Assembly: GCA_043818275.1 (NCBI GenBank) | Contig: JBDRFY010000080.1 | Location: forward strand, 1-54,488 | Reading direction: 5' to 3' | Length of the DNA stretch: 54,488 bases | Origin: a bacterium | GTDB taxonomy: Bacteria; Babelota; Babeliae; Babelales; JAUWHS01 | Part shown: one piece after another, positions 39,984 through 48,752 of the stretch | Layout of the letters: each line of letters begins with the position of its first letter | How positions within the stretch are numbered: position 1 is the stretch's first letter | Notes under the pieces: model-generated | What the model saw: only the letters and a program-made list of their open reading frames with translations | Database searches by the model: none | Told to the model about the DNA's origin: nothing | Program-made: the position numbers and the translations under genes

Positions 39984-41177
39984 CTAAGGATGAATATATT
40001 TTTCTTCATTACTCCAACAACGCCTAATTGGTCCAAATTCATCAATAATCTTTATAATTTGATAAACATAATCGTTAGTCGTTCTATCTTGCGAAATTTT
40101 AAAACCTTTTTCAATTAAATTATTTCTTAAATTTTCATTCTCAAATAATTCCTTTATTTGTTCAGCTAATTCAGTTTCATTTTTAGGATCAAAAAATAAT
40201 GCCGCGTCTTTTAATTGTAATTTCATACCAAAAACATCTGCTGCTATCACCGGACATTTTAAAGAAAACGCTTCAAGTGGTGGAATATTATTCGGTCCAA
40301 AAAATGATGGGAAAACTAACGCAAAAGCATTTTGATATAAACTAATTAATTCTTCAATTTCAACAAACCCCAAAAAATGGATTTGCTTTTCTAACCCTAA
40401 TTCTTTTGATTTTTGTTTTATAAAATTCAGGTTTCCTTTATCTGAACCGGTAAAAACAATATCAAAATTAAGATTGTATTTTTCTTTTAAAATTTTTACT
40501 GCCAATAAAATTAAAATATGATTTTTGTGTGGCCAAAATTGGGCGGGATAGAAAAGATATTCGTTTTTGATATTGCACCCTTCGACTTCGCTCCAGCCGT
40601 CGCCAAGGCTATGGCCGACAGGCAGGGCGAGCGGAGAATTGGGTTTATAATCAGGCGTTGGAAATTCAATTGTTTTAATTCGAAAATCCGGAATACCATA
40701 AAAAAGTTTTATTTCTTCTTTGCCTGCATCATTTCCAGTTACAACATAAGAAGCGCGTGGAATTATATTTTTATAATAATTTTCACGATTTTCGAACAAC
40801 GCACCTGTAACACTAACTTCAGGAAAATATGGTTGCAACCTGTGTTGCAAATCCCAAACCGTATAAATAAATGGAACATCTACAAATTGATACGCAGGAG
40901 TCAAAAACCACATTAATTCAATTTTATATCTGTTTGCTGCTTCATTTAAAAAACTTGTTTGGACTTTTTTTATTTTTAACCGATTAAAAATTTTTTGAAA
41001 AAAACTTTTTTGAAACAACAATAATTGTTTGAATTCTTTTTTTAATTTTTCGTCATAAAAAATAATGAATTCATGCGAACTTTTAACATTTTTTAAACAA
41101 CCAAGAATTGATTGTTCAAATGTATAACCCCCGCCAGATTCTGGAGAATTTTGACCTATGTAAACACCAACGCGCAT
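39984..41177 (-). CDS. Glycosyltransferase family 4 (group 1) with an in-frame repeat insertion
   Basis: 'TVWDLQHR', 'YPAQFWPHKNH', 'ALVFPSFFGP.NIPPLEAF'. Confidence 0.92.
   Translation of the reverse strand: MRVGVYIGQNSPESGGGYTFEQSILGCLKNVKSSHEFIIFYDEKLKKEFKQLLLFQKSFFQKIFNRLKIKKVQTSFLNEAANRYKIELMWFLTPAYQFVDVPFIYTVWDLQHRLQPYFPEVSVTGALFENRENYYKNIIPRASYVVTGNDAGKEEIKLFYGIPDFRIKTIEFPTPDYKPNSPLALPVGHSLGDGWSEVEGCNIKNEYLFYPAQFWPHKNHILILLAVKILKEKYNLNFDIVFTGSDKGNLNFIKQKSKELGLEKQIHFLGFVEIEELISLYQNAFALVFPSFFGPNNIPPLEAFSLKCPVIAADVFGMKLQLKDAALFFDPKNETELAEQIKELFENENLRNNLIEKGFKISQDRTTNDYVYQIIKIIDEFGPIRRCWSNEEKYIHP
40578..40634 (-). repeat. Nested repeat: 27-nt family A host plus 30-nt element B (40593-40622), 57 nt in frame
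   Basis: Minus strand CCGCTCGCCCTG|CCTGTCGGCCATAGCCTTGGCGACGGCTGG|AGCGAAGTCGAAGGG encodes PLALPVGHSLGDGWSEVEG. Confidence 0.88.
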
Positions 41178-41187
41178 TAAAAACTTT

Positions 41188-42199
41188 CGTTATGATAAAA
41201 ACAAAAAATCACTCTATCAAAATTCAACAACATCTTCAATTTGACAAGTTAAAAAATCTATTTAAAATCGTGCGTACTTAAAAATATAAATTTATTAATT
41301 TAAAGGGTTTCAAAATGCAAAAGTTTTTAAAATTATTTCTCTTATTCCTTTCTATTTCTATTTATTCAAACCAGACTAAAGCAATTACCGACGAAGAAAA
41401 ACAAATTATAGAAGAAATAAATCAATACGAAAAGTTCGTCTCGGCCCAATTTTCGTACGATAGAAATGGAAATGAACAATTTTCGAGCAATGCGCACAAA
41501 TTTGATTTAAAAAAAAATGATTCAACGAAAACAATAAAGATAGTAAAACTTGACTCCAACACAATAAAATTAACATATGTTACGAATTTTTTTGATTGTA
41601 AAAAAACACTCCTTTACAAAACAGTCGAATATTATAACGGAGAAAAAATAGAAGTCTTGACTGTATCTTTTGATACTCAACAAAACCCTTTCCAACCACA
41701 AAAATTTACAATTACTTTTGATCAAATAAATTTGATCGCAAACGCAACCCCAGAAGAATTAAATGATGCCGCGCAAAATGTTTTTAATTTTAAAAATCAC
41801 ATTGGTAAATTCAATAAATCATCTATCAATGAATTGTCTGATCCAGAAAAGGCTTTATTTGCTTATCAAGAAATTTTTTGGCTTGTAGATGAAACCAATC
41901 CAAAAAAAACCGACGAAGCTCAAGATTTTTATAATATTGGCCCTAATTTATCAAGTAAAGATTATTCAACACTCGAAGCTCCACATCATTTTCTTCTTGA
42001 TATTTTGTGCCATACGACTCAAATTTGTTATTCCATCCTGGATCCTGAAATAAAAACACAAATTTTAATATTTATTAATTCTCAAAAAAATTATGTCAGT
42101 CAACAAAAAACACTTTATGATTTGGATAAATGGCAATTCGATAATTATACACCATCAGGAACAAACTTTGGATTTGATGGTTTAAAATGGCGTTATGAT
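41188..42199 (+). mobile_element. Putative 1003-bp single-gene insertion flanked by the 9-bp direct repeat CGTTATGAT
   Basis: Repeat at 41188-41196 and 42191-42199; excision restores a short junction between two co-oriented glycan genes. Confidence 0.5.
41241..41268 (+). promoter_or_regulatory. Sigma70-type promoter for the 41315 gene
   Basis: TTGACA-16 nt-TAAAAT. Confidence 0.55.
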
Positions 42200-42220
42200 G
42201 TAATTATTTCTGACCTATAA
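41315..42220 (+). CDS. Hypothetical exported protein, antisense to the glycan operon
   Basis: 301-aa ORF with signal peptide (TKA|I); 3' end overlaps the convergent gene. Confidence 0.75.
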   Translation: MQKFLKLFLLFLSISIYSNQTKAITDEEKQIIEEINQYEKFVSAQFSYDRNGNEQFSSNAHKFDLKKNDSTKTIKIVKLDSNTIKLTYVTNFFDCKKTLLYKTVEYYNGEKIEVLTVSFDTQQNPFQPQKFTITFDQINLIANATPEELNDAAQNVFNFKNHIGKFNKSSINELSDPEKALFAYQEIFWLVDETNPKKTDEAQDFYNIGPNLSSKDYSTLEAPHHFLLDILCHTTQICYSILDPEIKTQILIFINSQKNYVSQQKTLYDLDKWQFDNYTPSGTNFGFDGLKWRYDVIISDL

Positions 42221-42968
42221 AAGTTACGCCCCAGGAATCAAACCCTGGGGTTTTTGCTGTCATCCATTCTTCAAAACAGACTAATTTAAAATTATTATCA
42301 CTAAATAATTTTTCAATTTCAGGTTTAAAAAGATAACGCATTTTGTGCGTTTCTAAAATTTCATCTGTAATTTTTGTTTTTTTATCTGTGATTAAAACTT
42401 TGTAATTAACATCAACACAATTTTCATTTTCAAATATTTCGGGATTTGCAACACGCAAAACTTTATGTGTTTCAGTCTCAATTTCTTTAGCACGAACTTC
42501 AGGTAAATTAGTTAATACTGCAGGTCCATACCAACTATCAAAAATTAATAATCCACCGGGGTTTAAATGCTTAACAGCTGTTAAAAAAAACTTTTGTAGA
42601 TCTTCATTTGTTATTTGATAATTAATTACATGAAAAAGAGAAGTAACAACATCAAATTTTTTATTTAATTCAACGCTTCTTGCATCACCTACACTAAATT
42701 TAACTTTATCTTTAAAATCGGGATAAAGAACAAACTGCTTTTCTGCCAACTGAATCATTTCAGAACTTAAATCAACTCCGTGAACATCAAAACCGGCCTT
42801 AGCGAATTTAAAATCATGTTGTCCTGTTCCGGATCCTAAATCTAAAATACTTTTAGAATTTGTATTAAATTTTTTAATTAAACCAACAACGTAATCAACT
42901 TCAGCCTGATAATCTTTATTTTTATAAAACAGATCATAATAAAAAGAATATTTATTAAAAACGCTCAT
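42204..42968 (-). CDS. Class I SAM-dependent methyltransferase (sugar N/O-methyltransferase-like)
   Basis: 'YYDLFY..KDY..E', 'LDLGSGTG.H', 'HLNPGG..IFD.WYGP'; overlaps the DegT gene. Confidence 0.9.
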   Translation of the reverse strand: MSVFNKYSFYYDLFYKNKDYQAEVDYVVGLIKKFNTNSKSILDLGSGTGQHDFKFAKAGFDVHGVDLSSEMIQLAEKQFVLYPDFKDKVKFSVGDARSVELNKKFDVVTSLFHVINYQITNEDLQKFFLTAVKHLNPGGLLIFDSWYGPAVLTNLPEVRAKEIETETHKVLRVANPEIFENENCVDVNYKVLITDKKTKITDEILETHKMRYLFKPEIEKLFSDNNFKLVCFEEWMTAKTPGFDSWGVTFIGQK

Positions 42969-44083
42969 CGAAAAACTTCCTTTACTTTTTTTGCCACAAC
43001 TTCCATTTGCTCATCAGTCAACCCCAAACCACTAGGAATATAAAAACCACGGCTTGCCAACTTTTCAGCGACCGGATAAGTTTCATTTTTAAATAAACCC
43101 ATTCTTTGAAAAACTGGTTGTTCGTGCATAGGCCAAAAAAATGGCCTTGTTCCAATCCCCTTTTCCGCCAATTTTTGCATTGCAATTTTTGCATCAAAAT
43201 CAACGGTGTCGTTCAAAACAAGGCCATACACCCAATAAATATTTTCTGCGTATTCTGTAGATTTCAAAGGAAATTGTAAAGTTTTAAGATTTTTAAATTC
43301 CTGATTATAAAAATTTCCGATCTCTCTTCTTCTTTTAACATGTTCATCAAGTTTTTCAAGTTGCGCCAAACCGACTGCCGCCTGCAAATTTGTAAGTCTG
43401 AAATTAAAACCAAGGTCATCGTGAACAAATCTTCTTTCCGGTTTAAAACACAAATTACGCAACGATCTGCAACGTTGAGCTAACTCTTCATCATCGGTAA
43501 CAATCATGCCGCCTTCACCCGTTGTTATGTGTTTATTTGGATAAAAACTAAAAGTAGAAATGTCACCAAAACTTCCACACGGTTTATTTTTATAAGTTTG
43601 CCCATGCATTTCTGCAGCGTCTTCAATTATTTTTAAATTATATTTTTTAGCTAATTCCAAAATCGGATCCATATCCACTGGTAAACCATAAATATGCACA
43701 ACCATTATCGCTTTGGTCTTTTGCGTAATTAATTTTTCGATATCTAAAACATTTACATTCCACGTCACCGGATCACTATCAACTAACACCGGCTTTAAAC
43801 CTGCGCGAATAATCGCGGACGCGCAAGAAATAATTGTAAATGTTGGCATAATAACTTCAGAATCTTTTGGCAAATTTAAAGCCAACATCGCCGCATCAAG
43901 AGCAACTGAACCATTGCAAACTGCTATTCCAAATTTTCTTCCAACTTTTTTCGCGAATTCCGTTTCAAATCTTTCCACAAATGGCCCGTCAGATGAAATC
44001 CAACAGGTATCAATGCATTCATTTAAATATTTTTTTTCATTGCCATTGAGTAATGGCGTGTTGACTGGTATAAAATTAGACAT
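42965..44083 (-). CDS. DegT/DnrJ/EryC1/StrS aminotransferase (perosamine synthetase-like)
   Basis: 'VHIYGLP.DM', 'IIEDAAE.HG', 'FSFYPNKHITTGEGGM'. Confidence 0.93.
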   Translation of the reverse strand: MSNFIPVNTPLLNGNEKKYLNECIDTCWISSDGPFVERFETEFAKKVGRKFGIAVCNGSVALDAAMLALNLPKDSEVIMPTFTIISCASAIIRAGLKPVLVDSDPVTWNVNVLDIEKLITQKTKAIMVVHIYGLPVDMDPILELAKKYNLKIIEDAAEMHGQTYKNKPCGSFGDISTFSFYPNKHITTGEGGMIVTDDEELAQRCRSLRNLCFKPERRFVHDDLGFNFRLTNLQAAVGLAQLEKLDEHVKRRREIGNFYNQEFKNLKTLQFPLKSTEYAENIYWVYGLVLNDTVDFDAKIAMQKLAEKGIGTRPFFWPMHEQPVFQRMGLFKNETYPVAEKLASRGFYIPSGLGLTDEQMEVVAKKVKEVFR

Positions 44084-44087
44084 TTAA

Positions 44088-44984
44088 TTAAACCTCTTGC
44101 CATGGCAAATCTTTCACTTCTGGCAACCTTCTCTTCATAGCATCTATAGCTTGAGGATGCTTCAGACAATCCTCTGGATTTAAAATAGGTAAAACTCCAG
44201 CTACAATATCTTTTTTTACGAAAAATAAATTGAACCCATATTTATTAGACGCGACAAGCACATATCCTTTTTCTTCCGCAAGTTTAACAAAGGCCTTAAT
44301 TGAAGCTCCCATATAATCAGGATGAATCTTAAATCGGTCAAAATCTGGTGAATACGGAACAGTAACAGCCTTGTCCACTCCCCAAACATTAAGCGCTTCT
44401 ACCACTACAACTCTTGGTGAAATATTAGTTAAATTTTTCCATATCCAATAATCAACCCCATCCATATCCAGAGACAAAAAATCAACCTCTCCTGATATTC
44501 CATTTTCAAGTAAAAGATCATTAACATTTTCCACCGTAACCCATTTGTGTATTATTTTTGGAGGATAAATAATGCTATCAGGATGGGAAGAGAAAAACTT
44601 TTTTGAATCCAAAGCTTCTTGTTGAGATCCACAAACAAAAAAACCCCACCATCCAAAATTACATATTAAATTTGCGGTATTCGATCCATAAGGTGAAGCA
44701 AAAGCTATATCAACACAAATTTTATTAGTTGTGCCAATAATAGAAAATAAAAATAACAGAATTCCATCTTCATCACTTTGAGAAAAAACTCTAAAACCTG
44801 TTTCTTGAGTTGACGGTAATTTTTTTTTCTCAGTAATTAGCTGTTTGTAATATAGGCTTAATCTTACTTGTTCAGCCTGACTTGGCATCAATTTTTTTTC
44901 TATATTATCCAATTTTCTTTCCATGTTTTCTATTCGCTCAATACCAAAAAACTTATTTCTTAGATATTTAAAAATTTTCTTCAT
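44088..44984 (-). CDS. FkbM-like methyltransferase-fold protein
   Basis: 'FSQSDEDGIL', 'VDFLSLDMDGVDYWIW', 'PRVVVVE', 'GAS..A...LA..KGY'. Confidence 0.7.
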   Translation of the reverse strand: MKKIFKYLRNKFFGIERIENMERKLDNIEKKLMPSQAEQVRLSLYYKQLITEKKKLPSTQETGFRVFSQSDEDGILLFLFSIIGTTNKICVDIAFASPYGSNTANLICNFGWWGFFVCGSQQEALDSKKFFSSHPDSIIYPPKIIHKWVTVENVNDLLLENGISGEVDFLSLDMDGVDYWIWKNLTNISPRVVVVEALNVWGVDKAVTVPYSPDFDRFKIHPDYMGASIKAFVKLAEEKGYVLVASNKYGFNLFFVKKDIVAGVLPILNPEDCLKHPQAIDAMKRRLPEVKDLPWQEV

Positions 44985-45416
44985 TCACTTCCTTATGTTG
45001 ATAAATTTTTTCTCCACAGCCTCAAAACGAGTCTTATCTTTATCCGCGTAAAAAGGCCCCTGCTTTACCTCAAACATTTCTAAATCTTGCAAAGCCTCAA
45101 ACCCATGACCACCAGAAACAAGCAAAATTACATCTCCCGCGTTTAAAATTCTGCTTTCAAGATAATTTTGTTTGTCATCATAAAAATCAACTCTTAATTT
45201 TCCTTTTTTTATAAACAAAACCTCTTTTGTAAAATTAATAACTCTTGAAATTTTATTATGAAAATGCGGCTGAATAATGTTGCCTTTTTCATGACTCATA
45301 AACGCAAGTTGCTGAGAAAAATCATTTGGCGTAAAAAAAGAAACTCCTAGTTTTTGATAATCATTTCGAACAATTATGGCTATAACTTTTTCATTATTTT
45401 TTATTTCTTCAAACAT
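44985..45416 (-). CDS. Cupin-fold protein (sugar isomerase-like)
   Basis: 'PHFH..EVL', 'GGHGFE', 'EVKQGPF'. Confidence 0.75.
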   Translation of the reverse strand: MFEEIKNNEKVIAIIVRNDYQKLGVSFFTPNDFSQQLAFMSHEKGNIIQPHFHNKISRVINFTKEVLFIKKGKLRVDFYDDKQNYLESRILNAGDVILLVSGGHGFEALQDLEMFEVKQGPFYADKDKTRFEAVEKKFINIRK

Positions 45417-45432
45417 CTTTTCCTATTTTTAT

Positions 45433-46531
45433 TTACTCTCTTCCTTCATTCTTTTCCACGTTTTCTAATTCATCCCGTTTTTCCAGTTCAGCTTCTATTT
45501 CTTCTATTGTTGGCAAGCTTCCCTTTAGATTCTTTGGTAAAGATGCTACCAGTTTTGTTTCATATTCTGCGACACCCATAGGTTTATTAATGTCACGCAA
45601 GGCATATTCTGCTTTAAATTTATCTTTGGTTTTGCATAGCAACAAACCGATAGTTGGTTTATCATCTTTACCTCTTAGTAAATCATCTACTGCAGAAAGA
45701 TAAAAATTTAATTTACCAACATACTCAGGTTTAAATTCTGTCGTTTTGAGTTCTATAACAACAAAGCACTTGAGCCTTATGTGATAAAATAACAAGTCAA
45801 GATAATAATCTGACTCACTTATTTCTAAATGATATTGTCTTCCAATAAAAGCAAATCCTTCTCCTAACTCCAGCAAAAATTTTTGTATATGAGATACGAA
45901 ACCTTCCTCAAGATCTTTTTCGACATAACCTTCCCGCATCGTCAAAAAATCAAAAATATATGGATCTTTTAATGTTTTATGCGCCATTTCAGAATGCGGG
46001 GAAGGAAGAGTTGTTTTAAAATTGGTAATGGCCGCGCCTTCTCTATCATATAACTTTGTTTTAATGTAATCTTCCAACATTTTGCGACTCCACCCTAATT
46101 CAAGAGATTTTTCGGCATACCACAATCTTTCTTTTTCAGATTTTAACCGCTCTAAAAGAATTGTATTATGTCCCCATGGAATTTTAAAAATAGGTAGCAA
46201 ATCAATTTTTCCCACAGCTTGTGGGATTTTTTCATAAGCCCTGTAAAAAGCGCTCATTCTAAAAACATTGGTTCTGGAAAAACCACCCATTCCTGGAAAA
46301 GAATTTTGTAAATCTTTTGCCAATTGTTCTAAAAAACCAGACCCCCCAATCATAGTTTTTCTGCTTTTCAACGATAGTTTTACCTATTGACCAATAAAGT
46401 TTAATTAATTCTTCGTTTACAGAAAACGCTGCTTTTACCTGAGCAACTTTTATTCGTTTTTTTATGTTTGATAATATTTGCGCGTATTCTTTTGTTAAAA
46501 TGCCTGATATATCATTTTTCTTTTTTGGCAT
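45433..46531 (-). pseudogene. yhcG: YhcG/DUF1016 PD-(D/E)XK nuclease, split by a +1 frameshift in a G6 run (46342-46347)
   Basis: N-part 'VNEEL..LYW.IG..I..Q..WG' (46259-46531) joins C-part 'LAKDL..GFS..N..M', 'KDPY.FDFL', 'FLLELG.GFAF.GRQ', 'VVIELK' (45433-46371) if one G is removed. Confidence 0.85.
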
Positions 46532-46558
46532 ATCCGCTCCAAATCTTTTTGTATAAAT

Positions 46559-47518
46559 TCACTTTCTTCTATGTTCAAACACCCCACTCTGCCACCAAAC
46601 TTTTTCATTCAAAACTGAACTCAAATCCCTGTTACCAAAAAAATAATTATACACAAATAATCTGGAAGAATAAAAAGGCACAAAATTATAAACTCTGTTA
46701 ATCAAAGAATTTTGCAAGCTTTTTTCATTTGCATCCAGACTCAATTTTTTATTAAAAACTTTTAAAAACTTTTTTCGGATAATAAAACGGGAAAGATAAA
46801 ACTTAAAACTTGTCTGCATATGCCAAAACAAAACTTTTTTATCGTTAAAATAATCAACGCCATTAATTCTTTTATACTCAAATATTTGTTTATCATTATT
46901 TCTTTTCGGCCATAAAGGATTGGAAAACGCAACATAATCTTTTAACTCATCTGAATAATCATCCTGAATCAACAAATTATTTTGAATTAAATAATTTATA
47001 AAATCCTGATCGTTAACGAATTTTTCAAAAATATTATCTTTAAAATTGTTTAAATTCCATTCATATAAGTCAAACCATGTTGGATAATTTACAACAGTAA
47101 AAGCAGGACTTTCATCCAACACAAAAGTTTTACCCTCAACTTTATTTTTTATAATTTCCGGGTTCTCATTAAAAATAATGTCACCATCGTAATGAATGAT
47201 TTTTTCTCCTGGAAAATAATTTTTTATGACAAGCCAGCGCAGAAAGCACTTTTTATCATAATCACTGTATTGATTTAAAAAAGAATATTTAGAATTTAGC
47301 TCAGAAAAAATTGATGAAACATCGTGCAATACATAGCCGACAGATTTTAAATCGTTTTTATATTTTAAACTGTAGTTTTTAAAACCGGATAAAAAAAGAA
47401 GATCTATTTTTGTATCAAAACCCAATTGCTGATTTCGTTTACCGACAAATAAAAGAGGAATTTGTGATTCATATATTTTTTCATTTGTATCATAAAATAC
47501 AACAATTACATTTCTCAC
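46559..47518 (-). CDS. Hypothetical protein, possible GT-A fold glycosyltransferase
   Basis: 'CFLRW', DxD-like 'HYDGDI', 'NDQ', 'WHMQ'; glycan locus context; GTG start. Confidence 0.6.
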   Translation of the reverse strand: MRNVIVVFYDTNEKIYESQIPLLFVGKRNQQLGFDTKIDLLFLSGFKNYSLKYKNDLKSVGYVLHDVSSIFSELNSKYSFLNQYSDYDKKCFLRWLVIKNYFPGEKIIHYDGDIIFNENPEIIKNKVEGKTFVLDESPAFTVVNYPTWFDLYEWNLNNFKDNIFEKFVNDQDFINYLIQNNLLIQDDYSDELKDYVAFSNPLWPKRNNDKQIFEYKRINGVDYFNDKKVLFWHMQTSFKFYLSRFIIRKKFLKVFNKKLSLDANEKSLQNSLINRVYNFVPFYSSRLFVYNYFFGNRDLSSVLNEKVWWQSGVFEHRRK

Positions 47519-47519
47519 G

Positions 47520-48752
47520 TTATCCCTGCAATGATTGCAAAATCTTAAGCCCTTCAGTTTGAAGATTTTTTAAATCATAATTTTTTTCAACAAGCCTATA
47601 AGCATTTTTTGCTATCCAATTTGAATAATTTTTATCATTTAACAAACGTAAAATCGACCTTGCAAAGTCCGCAGGTTTATCCGCAATTAAAATATCAACA
47701 CCGGCCTCAACATTTAATCCTTCAGCACCTAAAGCTGTCGAAACAATCGGAACAACACAAGCAGCAGCTTCTAAAATTTTAAACCTGGTACCAGATTCAA
47801 ACCACAAAGGAACTAAAACAACATCGCTATTTTTTAAATAAGGCAAAACTGAATTAACCATCCCTGTTATTGTTATACTTTCATCTTTAACATCCGAGAG
47901 AGTTTCTTTTGAACCTCTTCCAACAATATAGAAATGAATATCCGGTTTATATTTTTTAACTATGGGAAAAATTTCATCAATTACCCATCGCGCAGCCTGT
48001 TCCATCGGACTATTTTTTCCAAACGAACCGGCTAAATAAATACATGGTTTTTTAAAACCTTCTGGAGGTTTTATTTCTTTTTTATAATTATCAAGATCAA
48101 TTACATTGGAAAAAATTTGAACTTTATTTTTTTGCGTCGTTAATTTTTTGTAATATTCAGAATCAACGGTTGAAACGGCTGTTGTTATTTCACAAATGTT
48201 TGTAAATTGTTCTTCCTCAAATCGTTTTCTTGCGCCTTCAAGTTCAATTTTTTTCCGCCTTTGTTCTGATTGTACATAAGGCAACTCACGCAAAATAAAA
48301 CGCGACCATACGCTATCTGTATCGCAAACTGTTTTAATTTTATGATCGAGTTTTTTAACAGCATTAATCAAATCATAAGAAATATTTCCATAACCAAACC
48401 AAATAACATTAATAGAATTTTTTCGGGCATATTTTAAAAGAAATTTTGCATCCTGTTTAAGTAAATCAGGTTTTAAACCAAATAAATTCAATAATTTATA
48501 CGTTTTTCTTTTTACTTTATAAAACCAGTCTGTAGAAAAAAAATAATATGTTGAAGGCAAATACAAAAAATTTTTACTCAAACTTTTATAAAAATCTTTA
48601 GCATCCTTGCCACCCAAATTACATTCAGCAACACCAGAAATGATATGTAACTCGCTAATGTTACTCAAAACCTTAATGCTATTTTCAATTCTTAACGCAG
48701 GGCCTCCAATTGCTGGATGCTCCAAAACAGGAGAAGTAAAAAGAATTTTCAT
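47520..48752 (-). CDS. Glycosyltransferase family 4
   Basis: 'GGPALR', 'VPLWFESGTRFKILEAAA..PIVST..GAEGL'. Confidence 0.92.
   Translation of the reverse strand: MKILFTSPVLEHPAIGGPALRIENSIKVLSNISELHIISGVAECNLGGKDAKDFYKSLSKNFLYLPSTYYFFSTDWFYKVKRKTYKLLNLFGLKPDLLKQDAKFLLKYARKNSINVIWFGYGNISYDLINAVKKLDHKIKTVCDTDSVWSRFILRELPYVQSEQRRKKIELEGARKRFEEEQFTNICEITTAVSTVDSEYYKKLTTQKNKVQIFSNVIDLDNYKKEIKPPEGFKKPCIYLAGSFGKNSPMEQAARWVIDEIFPIVKKYKPDIHFYIVGRGSKETLSDVKDESITITGMVNSVLPYLKNSDVVLVPLWFESGTRFKILEAAACVVPIVSTALGAEGLNVEAGVDILIADKPADFARSILRLLNDKNYSNWIAKNAYRLVEKNYDLKNLQTEGLKILQSLQG

Noticed and set aside
40511..40916. 132-aa plus-strand ORF and 62-aa minus-strand ORF over the GT4 insert
   Set aside because: They lie within a clear GT4 gene; the GC-rich repeat simply lacks stops in several frames.
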